Shown piece by piece: positions 42,811 through 54,000 of a stretch of 64,000 nucleotides of DNA. How positions within the stretch are numbered: the stretch's first letter is position 1; every line of letters begins with the position of its first letter. The position numbers were made by a program, and so were the translations under genes. A model generated the notes under the pieces. It had not been told where the DNA came from. It searched no databases and worked only from the letters and a program-made list of their open reading frames with translations. The DNA comes from the human T2T-CHM13v2.0 reference genome, Homo sapiens. Location of the stretch: assembly GCF_009914755.1 (NCBI RefSeq), contig NC_060928.1; one strand, written 5' to 3'.

Positions 42811-44680
42811 CCATCATAGGCTAAAAGATGTACCAGGCCACCTGCCTCAATTACAGAGGAAGCTCTGACCTTGGGATCATTGATGCAAGGCGAGAATTGA
42901 ACCTAGGAAAAGTTAGAGACTATTTTAGACAGCTGTGTGGTATGGAGAATGGTGTAAGTAAATATAGTCGGAATTGATGTCTTTTATTGAGCACTTACTA
43001 TCTTCCAGGTATTGTAATGGGTACCTGACATACCTAGACATTGTAATAGGTGTCTGATAAATATTTTCAACCATACAACAACATTATGAAGGAGAATTTT
43101 TTATCCTCACTTTACAGATGAGAAAATTGGTAGACCTGAGATTTGAACCAGCTGTTAGACTCCAGAGTCAGGTTGTGAAGCAAAGTGGATTTTTGACAGG
43201 AATAGAGTGGTTTTGTGTGTGTGTGCAAGTGTGTGCACACATTTGAATTCTCTTGGGTGTAGGAAGGGCAGTGGGCAGAATGTGGGGTTGGAAGGAAGGG
43301 TTTTGTGGAGTGGGGTGGTGAAAGATGTTTGGAGTATGAGTTGGGCCCAGCTCACCGAAGTCCTGGAATTCCAGATTGAGGATAACTTGTGTTTCTTGTC
43401 TTCTCTACTTCTTCCACATTTATATAAAGGAGGGAGAAAGATATAACAGTTTTGGTTTATTTAGATTCTCTTATGGGAATTTTGGGAGTTTAATTAACAG
43501 CAGGGTGGTGAAATGACAAAAGCATAGCCTGGAGAGTTAGAAGAGACCTCATTGCTGGAATGGCTTTTGGCAAGCCCCTTTTTCTCTCCCCTCCCTTACC
43601 CTCAGTGAAAAGAGAATCAAGAGGCTAAAGTTTTCTCAGTTTTTGCTTTTTGTTTTTTTGGGGGCCCAAGAGTTTAACTTCATATTTTAAGGTGATAATG
43701 GAATGTATCATTTGTCTTCCTATATTTAATCTGAGAGAGTACAAAAAGGGGGCTATGGCTTGGTAGTGGATGGGGTGGAGGTGCAAGAGTTGAATGTTCA
43801 AGCTCCTCAGCACCTCTTGCTGGTCCTGAGAGGCCTCTTGCTGGCGAGAGGGCTGTAGCTTCTAGCTTCTACCCCTGTTCACGTTTAATATAAATGTAAA
43901 TAAATAGGTATATAATACACATACTTTTCTAAACCTCTGTGCAGTCGTATTTAGATGAAAAATCCAGATTCTCAGCCACTTTATGTCATCATTTACCTTA
44001 AGCATGGCTGGGCTATTCAGATGCTAAGCAATTCAAGCATGTCTATATTGGAGGGCCATTTAGAGCTTGAGGCCCTGCTCTGGCTGTCTCTCAGCACAAA
44101 ATGCTGGTTTTTGGGACCATTCTATATGGCTATGACTGTGAACAGTGCATATGCACATGTATGTATACAGGTATGACCTGCTGTTCCTGACACTGCATGT
44201 GAATGTGAGGGGCTCTGCTTCTGCCAGCCCCTCTGCCCTGCAGACCTACTCAGAACTGGATGCCCAACAAGCTTTAGAAGAGAAAGTAAAGCTTTCTAAC
44301 TGTGAACAGGGAGGCCAGCTTGTTTTCAGGGTTCAGAGTAGCAGCACAGAGGATCCAGCCCAAGCACAGACACCTGATATTGTAGCACCTGCTCTTTGGA
44401 TCTGTTCTTTGGATCTGATACGTGTCCCAAATAAAATGTTTCAGTAAAGGGAGCTTTTTTTCTTTCTTTCTTTTTGTCAGAATGGTATAACTTGGAGAGT
44501 TACAATATCTTTTCATGGTCATTTTCATACTAACCTTTAATAGGAAAGAAGGAACTAATGTAAATCCTGATATTTTGTGAAAATACTTCCAGTGGTACTT
44601 ATATATGAAATTATTAATAAACTTTCAGCTTACATTTTTATTGCCTAATATATATGCAAACATACTTTACTTCAAGTTGA

Positions 44681-44990
44681 GGCTGCGCGTAGTGGCCCAC
44701 ACCTTTAATCCCAACATTTTGGGAGGCTGAGGCAGGAGGATCACTTGAACCCAGGAGTTCAAGACCAGCCTGGGAAACATAGAAAGACCCTGTCTCTACA
44801 AGAAAAAAAAAAAGAAAAATTAGCTGTGCATGATGGTGCACACTAGTAGTCCCAGCTACCATGCAGGCTCAGGCAGATCACTTGAGCCTGGGAGTCTGAG
44901 GCTGCAGTGAACCATGATTGCACCACTGCGCTTCAGCCTGGGCAACGTAGTGAGATCCTGTCTCAAAAAAAGGAAAAGAAAAAATAAATA
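44681..44990 (+). mobile_element. AluJ-type element ~400 bp upstream of exon 2
   Basis: ggaggatcacttgaacccaggagttc..gaggctgcagtgaaccatgattgc J-type features. Confidence 0.9.
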
Positions 44991-45390
44991 CTAATGTTGG
45001 GATGCTTTTCTATCATTTTCTTGCCATGAGCTTACTTAATTGTACCAGTAATTCTAGGGAAGAGAGGGGAAAGTGAACATTTCATTTGAGACTTATCTTT
45101 CTATTAAGTTCAAGTTCACTGCTGGCAGGATTTTATAACTACTGAAGTACTTTTTGTTTTACCTTAGAATTCACATGAAAATTTCATGAACTTTAACATT
45201 TGGTTGGGAATTTAACTTTATTGTCAGACTATTTCTAGGAGGTCACTAATTGCATGTTTTTAAAAAACTTTAGTGTCAAATTAATTGAGATAGTATTTAA
45301 TTATATCAAAACATTTGTTTATTTTCTGAGTTTGTTTTTTTACAATATTGGAAATAAATGACGCTGACATTTTTCCTTTTTCTTTTCAAG

Positions 45391-45461
45391 ATTTTCAGCT
45401 GAACTCTCATCTCTCAACACTGGCAAATATTCATAAGATCTACCACACCCTTAATAAGCTG
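45391..45461 (+). CDS. DCUN1D4: DCUN1D4 exon 2 (71 nt; (N)[23 protein letters not shown])
   Basis: Acceptor ttttcctttttcttttcaag; donor G|gtaagt; frame consistent. Confidence 0.97.
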
Positions 45462-45623
45462 GTAAGTCATTCTTTTAAAGACAAAATTACCAACTGTTTG
45501 AAGTAGTCATTTTGTATAAGTGTATTTGATAAAAATTTAGATTCTAGATATTAGGATATCAGTTGTTTATGAAAATGCTAACGGTATGTGATTTCTTCGT
45601 AATAACGAACATATTTCTTTCAG

Positions 45624-45663
45624 AACCTAACAGAAGACATTGGCCAAGACGATCACCAAACAG
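45624..45663 (+). CDS. DCUN1D4: DCUN1D4 exon 3 (40 nt; NLTEDIGQDDHQT(G))
   Basis: Acceptor tttctttcag; donor CAG|gtatct; 162-nt intron 2. Confidence 0.95.
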
Positions 45664-46104
45664 GTATCTGTAAATGCTAACACTACTTAATTTTAAATAG
45701 CTTCTTAATATTAGGAAAGAGAAATACTAGCTATGAATGCGCTATGTTGTCATAATGTACTCCATTAACAAATTGTTCCTTGGCTGAGGTTGTTTTTCAG
45801 GGAGTAATGAAGGCAGCCATGTTATAGCTTCTTCCCAGTAGGAAATCTCTTCTGGAAGCACTTTTTAATGCCTTTAAAGAGGCTCGGGATTCTCATAGTT
45901 TCAAGATACCTTGTTTTCTCTACTGCAGTATTTTCATTTATATTAAAAAGGTGCTACAGTAATGCAATTTGAAAGGTATTCCACAAATATTTGAGAAATT
46001 CAGCTGAAAAATGATTTAATATGGTGTGTGTGTATGTGTTCATAGTTACTGAAGATTTAGAAATCAGAAAATTGAAGCTTGATTAGTATAAGTTATCCTC
46101 TAAC

Positions 46105-46283
46105 CCTGTGGTTCTCAGAGTTTAGCTGGCATTATGATCACCTGAGGGAAGGCCTTGTTTAAAGTACAGATGTTAGGTTCCACCCCAGAGTTTCTGGTTC
46201 TGTAGACTTGGGGTGGGGCCCCAGAGTTTGCTCCTATGTGATGCTGATGGAGCTGGTCTGGAGACCACTCTTTGAGAACCACT
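46105..46283. mobile_element. MER5A (hAT-Charlie)
   Basis: Terminal inverted gtggttctca..tgagaaccac; internal ccaccccagagtttctg..ggggtggggccc. Confidence 0.8.
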
Positions 46284-46415
46284 TCTCTCAACTGTTAGTA
46301 ATCATCAAGTCCAGAAACTTGCATTTGATCTATGGTTACTAAAATCCTAGCAAAAATTATTTAAACACATTTTAAAGTTTTTGAAAATGGCCATAGTAAT
46401 AGACGAATTGAAATT

Positions 46416-46771
46416 TGTCTTAGTCTGGGCTGCTGTAACAAAAATACCTTAAACTGAGTAGTTTATAAACAATAGAACTTGATTGTTCATGGTTCTGGAG
46501 ACTGGTAAGTTTAAGGTGAAGGCACCAGCAGATCCTGGGTCTGGTGAGGGTCTGTTCCTCACTGATGGTGCCTCTTGCTCACTGCATCTTAACATGGCAG
46601 AAGGGGCAGGCAGCTCCCTCAGGCCTCTTTTATAAGGGCACTAATTCCATTAATGAGGGCTCTACCTCCCTGACCTAATTGCCTCCCAACTCTACCTCTT
46701 ACTACCAGCAGTCTGGGGATTAGCTTTCAGCATGTAAATTTTGGAGGGGCACAAACTTTCAGGCCATAGCA
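46416..46771 (-). mobile_element. MLT1A0-type MaLR solo LTR
   Basis: tgtcttagtctgggctgctgtaaca..cctcttttataagggcactaat..caggccatagca (TG..CA ends). Confidence 0.85.
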
Positions 46772-46934
46772 GTGCTTGTTGGGGAATTTTGAATAGCACA
46801 AAAGTAAATAGAGTGGAAAGTTACAGTCGTCTTTTAGACAACTATTTAGACGTCTCTTTAGATGACTAAATAGAGTGAAAAGTGACAGCTGTCACTTTCT
46901 GCCAGCACATGGTTTAACATTGGTTCTTTCAGAC

Positions 46935-47530
46935 TTTTTTTTCAAAGCAAAAACTCTTTAAGAAAAAGGTATGATTTCTCATTTTCTATTCTTAGCATAA
47001 GTTTTAATTCTTTCCAGTGGAACCCAAACCTCCTGAACCTCTTTCAGTGTCATCCAAAGCTTTGAACTTCTATTTCTGGATAAAGATTTGTTCACAAATG
47101 AACTGCAGTTCAATCACCTTTTTTGACTTCAGACTTTTCTTTGCCAAAATAAAACAGTACAGCACCAGCATTTCCTCTGTAATCTTCCTTTATGATACCA
47201 CCTCCTACATCTATAAAGTGTTTTGCAGCCAAGCCAGCGTGGAGCTACTCTTCCACAACACCTGGAAGGAGGAGCTCTATCTAAATGTCTGTTCACAAGA
47301 GCTTTCTCCATAGGTGGTATTGTATCATCTTAGGCACTGTACAGGTCATAGCCTGCAGCCTGTACAGACCCTCAGGTCAGGCCGTGGTATGCTTGGAGAG
47401 CTGGGCAAGGCAGAGCTGCATGCTGACCTCCTCCACAGACCAGAGAGCTTGCTGGGGGAAATGGCAGGTATCTCTTTAGAGAAGGGCATGGCAGAACGAG
47501 AAGGTGAGCGAAGGAGGGAATGAGAGGGTG
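46935..47530 (-). pseudogene. DUTP7: Processed pseudogene of dUTPase (DUT nuclear isoform), antisense in DCUN1D4 intron 3; probably the annotated DUTP7
   Basis: ATG at 47489-47487 (MPFSKEIPAISPSK, cf. MPCSEETPAISPSK); GYDLYSA*; IPPMEKA; GRVAPR; [22 protein letters not shown]; KKGD*; RGSGGLGSTGKN* (stop 47006-47004). Intronless, with UTR-like flanks, an A8 remnant at 46935-46942 and several frameshifts/stops. The DUTP7 number is from memory. Confidence 0.93.
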
Positions 47531-48332
47531 CAGGATCCCTTCTCACATTTGTATGCATGCATATATGTTTATAGTCGTGGTTTTTAATTTAGCATTGGTG
47601 ATATCATACTGTACGTGTTATAGTGTGTTTTTCTTTTTCATTTAATGGTGCATTTTGGGGGCTGTTGAGATTTAAGACTGTCCCCACCTTCTCTAAATTG
47701 GTTCAGAATCAATTGAAAATTAGGTGTAAGATGGAGACTGAAGTAACAGTGTTTTTGGAAAACACAACTTAGATGTGCAGCAAGAATGCACAGGACTTTC
47801 AGCATTTCACCTGAATCACTGTCACAACTAGATAAGCACAAGCCAGCATACCTGCTGACCCTTTACACCCTGCACTATGACAGTGGAAGTGTTCATACTC
47901 TTTCACCTTGCTCCACTGCAGGCAGATCTGAAAGGGAGTTCAGAGGGGTTGGGCTTTCTGCTCATTTCAGGCTCTCTTCTCAGTTCAGTCTCTCAGCACT
48001 TAGATCAGGCACTCCTTCTTCCAGGGAAAGGAGTGAGACAGAGAGGCAGAGAATGCGCTAGGAGTGTTCTAGGAGTTCAGGGGTACTAAGGGTCCCTTCA
48101 CCTGATCATTCCATATCAGCAAATATAGATCAACTCAAGGACAGTCAAAAACAATTTATTTAATAATTTTAAAAGCAGTATATTCGCATAGTTTTGAAAG
48201 AAGTATTGAAAAAATATAAAACAAAAAGTGAAGATTTCTGTCCCAGTTTATCACCCCTAGGTTCCATCCCCCACTAGTAGTCCACGTTTGACTTTCCAGA
48301 GGTAACTCTTCTGTTTGTTAACCAAATTATGG

Positions 48333-48363
<31 letters not shown>
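48333..48363. repeat. (TGA)10 microsatellite
   Basis: Read directly. Confidence 0.95.
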
Positions 48364-48366
<3 letters not shown>

Positions 48367-48777
48367 TTCCTTAAATACAAGTGTACATTTATATTTGCCA
48401 CTTTTCCACTCAGTATATCCTTGAGATCTTTTCATATTAACACATTTATAAAGCATCTGCTTTCTTTTTTAATGACTGTAATTTTCTAATCCATGGGTAT
48501 TTTATAATACGTTCCTTCAGCCTCCTGTTGATTTATGTACACTTATGCTTATATGTTTAACTTTTAGCCACCACTAATAATGCAGGAATATAACTTTTGG
48601 ACCAGTTTTAGTAGTTCTGAACTTTTGAATTAGATAAGTATTGTTACTATAGTAATTTTGCATGTAAATATTTAACCCAAAGTGTGGCACTTGAAATTCA
48701 GTTAAACGAAAGTATACTTGGACTCATGCCTCCACTTTTGCCTTGGTTACAGTGGATACGTCCAATACTGGGAGTAC

Positions 48778-50347
48778 TTTTCATGGGATTCTTGGGGTGT
48801 TGCTTTGCCAGCCGGAAACTTCTGTGGCTGGTGGCACCTTCTGCCTGAGTATTGCCTGTGTCTGCTGGGCTCCTTCCACCCACTTGGCCAGGCAGGCTGC
48901 ACTCAGTTCTCACTACTGGCCTGGATCCCACACCTGCCAAGTGTGAGTTAGACATGGAGCAGCACACGGTGTGTGGGTGAGCAAGCACCCGCTCCAATCA
49001 CTGCACACAGCCAGGCATGCTGGCTGCTGCAGTGGGGCAAGTAGCTCCAGGTGCCAGCACAGGCGCCAGTACAGGCACCAGCTCTGTGCGAGGCTGCAGC
49101 TGGACCAGATGTACTGCATGTGGCTTCCACTGTGGGCACCTGCACCTGGATGAGGGGAACAAGGTGGCGCCCGGAAGCTTGGAGACACCAGGAACCACAG
49201 AACCCCAAAGAGGGTGTCACAGCCCTGGCTCAAGGAGCCCATAGGTCTAGGCTCCTCAAAGGGCTGCAGCTCTTCTCTCTTCACCGCCCACAACGTGGCA
49301 AGTGGCAAGGGGTGCGTTTCAGCCCTGTTTGTGTTACAGCTCTTTTAGTCCTGCCATTTGGTGGATCCTGAGTTCTTGTCCCGCATCCAGGAAGAATGAG
49401 GTATGCAGACAACTGGAGGGTAAGCAAGGTGTAGAGGAGCTTCATTGAGTGGCAGAACAGCTTTCAGCAGACCCAAAGTGGGTAGCTCTTTTCTGCAGGC
49501 AGGTCCTCCCGACATCTGTGCAGCCCTCGGTGGAGAGGAGACCTGGAGTGAGTAGCTCCTATCTGCAGGCAGGTTGTCCTGTCCTCTGCCTGAGTCTGGC
49601 AGAGTCTGAGGTTTTTAATGGGTTTCAGAGGGGAGAAAGCACGTGCTGATTGGTCCATGGGCAGCCATGAGCTGGCCTGGAAAAAGCACCATAAGTTCTC
49701 ACTCTAGTCCCTGGAACTGGCAGCCCAGCCTCCAGGCCTCAGGCCATTCCAGGCTTGAAGTTGGGGATTTACCGGGGACCCACCCCTTTCTGCGCAGAAG
49801 CCTGCTTCCTGATGCCATCAACTTGCCATCCATGGTGCCCACGGCGCTCAGGTTGTTCGTGCCAAGGGGCACCTGCAGGTCTGCGCCAAGCTGCTCTCAG
49901 CCCCCCTCGGCTTCCCCCTCGTGCTTGTTGGTGCCCAAAGTTTGAAGGGGGCTGAGGTGGCAGGGGGCTGGTGTGTCAGCATTGCCCCAAGCATGTGCAC
50001 ACCTGGTCAGGTCACGACAGTGCCTGGGCTCAGCCTCAACTTTACTCTGATAACGGACAAAGCACCAGGAGTAGGGAGATGCCAGGAAGTGGGAGCAGTC
50101 ACTTTTGAGGCTGTGGGGGCAGGGGGCCTTCCCAGTCCTTGAGAGTGCAGGGATGCCTGGGTCCGCAGCCATGGCTGGGCGGCTGCAGCTGTTCCTGGAA
50201 GGGCGAGACTCCTGCCCCCACAGCTCAGAATGGGGTGGGGCTCCTGCCTGTTCCAAGCTCCGTGGAGTGTGCAGCCCCTGCTGCTCCTCCTCCACTGCAG
50301 CCCACCTCATGGCAGTGATTGCTCCAGACGGGCTGCTGCTGCCATCA
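48778..50347 (-). mobile_element. MER52A-type ERV1 solo LTR (~1.57 kb)
   Basis: Minus strand starts TGATGGCAGCAGCAGCCCGTCTGGAGC and ends ..GTTTCCGGCTGGCAAAGCAACACCCCAAGAATCCCATG; degenerate 4-bp TSD gtac/gtat. Confidence 0.85.
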
Positions 50348-50787
50348 GTATGACATGCTGGTTTATTGCCTGTTACCTTGTAAGTGCCCAGTCAATGTCA
50401 GTTAGTGTTAGTAATTTCTTGGAGTAGTCAACTTCATTAACATTTGCCATCTGGTTATAGCATCACTTGTGATTCCGGTACCCAACAGAGTATACTTTAA
50501 AAACTGAGCAACATAAAATCTATGATGTTTAGAAATCTGAAATAGTTGAGTCATTGTAGTACTTCTTTGAGTCTCTTGGCCTAACAGTAGTCTGGGCAAT
50601 GCTACTGTGTGTGGAAGAGCCAAACCTAAGTCACAGAGATCGGGTATCTTCCTGCTCTGCCTCCTCTCAGGCCTTTCTTTTGTGTGTCACAATCTTCCTC
50701 CTACCAAAAGGAAAAAGAGAGAATGAATTAGTGGCTAATCTTGGAGAAATAGCACAAAATAGGAGTGAATTTTAAAGAGCCCAATCA

Positions 50788-51098
50788 GGCTGGGTGTGGT
50801 GGCTCACGCCTGTAATCCTAGGACTTTGGGAGGCTGAGACCAGTGGATCACGAGGTCAGGAGTTCAAGACCAGCCTGGGCAACATGGTGAAACCCCGTCT
50901 CTACTAAAAATACAAAAATTAGCTGGGCATGGTGGTGCATGCCTATAATCTCAGCTACTCGGGAGGCTGAGGCAGGAGAATTGCTTGAATCTGGACCCGG
51001 GGGGCCGAGGTTGCAGTGAGCTGAGCTCATGCCACTGCACTCTAGCCTAGGCTACAGAGGGAGACTCCATCTCAAAAAAAAAAAAAAAAAAAAAAAAA
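50788..51098 (+). mobile_element. AluS (Sg-like) element
   Basis: Full Alu with A25 tail; flanks ..ccaatca / ..tcaatca. Confidence 0.92.
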
Positions 51099-54000
51099 GT
51101 CAATCAGAGAGGACCAAAAATAAAAAAAATAAAAAAAAAAATGAGTAGGGATGATGATGATAGATGTCAGAAGTATTTAGAGAGAGGAAAAAATTCTTTT
51201 GTCCTTAGCAGTTCAATGATCTGTTCAAGAAAATGAAATAAAAATATTAGCTACTGGTAAGATATCTTAAGCAGCAAGCTATTTATGAACTTAAGTTACT
51301 GTATCTTTGTGACAATGTTCAATGAAAAGTGAGGTGAAATAGCTATATAAAAAGTACTGAAGTGGCAGAATGAGCTCCGTAAAATGTTAGTAAGTGAAAC
51401 AAGGCTGTGATACAATCAGCTCACTAAAATGAAACATGAGACAGTGAGATTTTTGTATTGGCACATCTATTTGTATTAAGTTTGGAGAAGTAAAATATAT
51501 TCTCTAATTTTGTAAACCTCTTGTACTCTTTTTTACTTGAGGACCACAAAGCAGAAAGATTAAAAAAAAAGGAAGTGAAGCACATACTTAGGCACTATTT
51601 GTTAAGAATAATGTGCTACGTAATTAAATTATTATGAAAATAGCAAGCTGGATAGATGATAAAGGGCCTTTAGTCTGAACCAGGTGAACTCAAGTTGCCC
51701 TTTAAAATGGACTTTCTGTCATAAATATTAGGATAGACCTGTTGAAAAAATGTTGGCAGTATTTCTGATTAATGTGGGAAGAAAAGCTCTATTCATTGAC
51801 TGATTTATTTGAAATCAGATGGGGTCAGTTAAAAAATATTTAATTTGTTCTCTTGAAACACTGAACCCAAAAGAAATGAATCTGAACTTAAATAATAATC
51901 TTTGGGCAAAAATTGCACACAATTTTGATTGCTTTCCTAAGTGTCATGTAAACACCAAAACATTAAGAAAGAGCTTCTAATGATAGGAGGATTGATTTCC
52001 GATTCACTAAAACGTCAGCCTTAATATCTTGCTTCTACCTCTGATGCCAGATGTTCGTACCTAATTAAGTACTTTAAAATGGTTAAAATAGCTCATTTTC
52101 TGAAGCAGATAAATATTCCGTAACATTCTTGTTTATATTATTTGTATTTTTTTTTGTAGTTTAAAGATAAACTTGTAAAGTCAAGTAATACAACTCATAC
52201 AAGTTGTAAGTCGGTGAAGTCTAAATTTAATGATACAAATAAATACAAATTTGTAGAAATTATTTATATTTAAGTATTTTTATCATAAAAAAATCACAGT
52301 TATTTTAAGAAGCAAGCATTCCTTGAATATGTCTTCTAAAAAAATCCTATCTGCCAAGAAACTTAAAGTTAACTGTTTGTTTTAGTGACAAATGGGGAAA
52401 AAATCTGAAATGATGGTGTTTTATTTACTCATAGGTGTTTTAAGTCTCTGGAAATGTACTTTTTTTTTTTTTAGAAGAATCTGATTTATACATGTTTTAG
52501 GAGCATTTATTCAACAAATATTTACTGAGAGTCTACCGTATGACTCAGTAATGGATGTATCTTATTATTACTGTAATAAGATACTGTATTAGCTGCTGAG
52601 TATGCACAAGTGAACCAAACAGGACCCCGCAAAGCAGTATGTGCCTTTGCACGTGCACTTGAGAAATCCTAGTTGTTGCTCTTGCTTAGTTGGGATCCCT
52701 GCAACCATTGGGGGAGCAGGTTTGGGGTAAACAGACTTGAATTGGGTGTTCTCTGTGCATTTTGTTTATTTAGTTCATGTTGGCAAATTACTATTTTAAG
52801 TAAAGTTGTTTCCCTAAGCATTAAAAAGTTGTTTTTTTTTTGTAGCCTGAATGGGTTCCAGGGTGGCTCTGCCTTGACCAGCTGTGCTGTGTGGTCCTAA
52901 GTCAATTCCCTTCCCTTGCCTGGATCTGAGTTTGCCTCATCCTCCTTGTGAGCCAGCCATGTGAGAGTCAGTGAGTCAGTGCCTGAACTAGGATGGCTGT
53001 TGGGGCAGGTGGATAGACACAGTTTCTTTGTGAAAAATGACCCCTTAACTGTCACTTGCTTACACTGATGATTAGAGTGGAGAGATTAAAAAAAAAAAAA
53101 AAAGTCATGCCTCTTAGTTAGGAGATAAACATTTTAATAAATGACAGAATCACTGGGATGATTTGGGTCTCAGAGATGAGTAACTTTTCCACAGACACAA
53201 GAAAAAAGTATTTGTGAAACTTTTAATAGAAAGCATTTATCAATAAGAAAGAAACATAAGAGAAAGCTGAAAATGTTAGTTAACTTATGATGTTTGTGTA
53301 TTTGCCAAAAACATGCTAATCTTGACAAGTAGGATTCAGTGGAAACCAAACGTTGTACAGTGTGTGTCTAGGAAGAACCAGGTGGTAGAGGAGCTAATGA
53401 ATGAACTTTTACTGGTGAATATATTGGTGTAGACGTTATTTTAAACAGTGTTCCTCTTCTTATGGATTGAGGCGATAAGTGCATTTTCTTCTGTGTTTTG
53501 CACATGTGGAAGGGGAGGGGTTACTGCTAGACTGGAAGCTAAGAACCAAACCGTGACTGCTATTGGAAGAAAATGTCTTTTCTTCCTGCATATACATCTA
53601 AGGAGGGAGAAGCCAGCCTTGAGGATCAGGACAGACTCTTCATTTCTGGGCAGTATAACAGGCTTTACAGCTGAGCAGGGCAAACTTTTTCCTTCTGCAA
53701 GCCCTGCCCTAGGGCATTAATAGATATGAATAAATCTTTGTTTTTGTATGTTGGCAGTCTGCAGAAGCTTGGGTCACTGCAATTCTTTGGACCTTTTAAT
53801 ATGCTTTAGTGGTGTTTGTGAACCAGGGCAGCATTTTACAGGGAAGATGAATGGGGTGTGTGGGGTGGTGGGCAGCACTCCCCTTGACTCTTTCTCTTCC
53901 ACACCCTGCTGGTGTGGGAGGAGTGATATGGGGGTGCTTAGTGTCTCTGAAGAGCTCTCTACTCCAATCCTTGGAAGGAAAGAGCCTGGTTGGTTCCCCA

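Noticed and set aside
43811-43855. Repeated cctcttgctgg as tandem CTCF sites
   Set aside because: Several mismatches at core positions of the CTCF consensus; not supportable without ChIP data.
46935-47530. Retroviral dUTPase belonging to the neighbouring LTRs
   Set aside because: It carries the cellular DUT nuclear N-terminus and UTR-like flanks; the flanking LTRs are different families (MLT1A0, MER52A) and there is no pol/pro context.
48698-50427. Cluster of 60-137 aa ORFs
   Set aside because: All lie within the GC-rich MER52A LTR and show no recognisable protein similarity.
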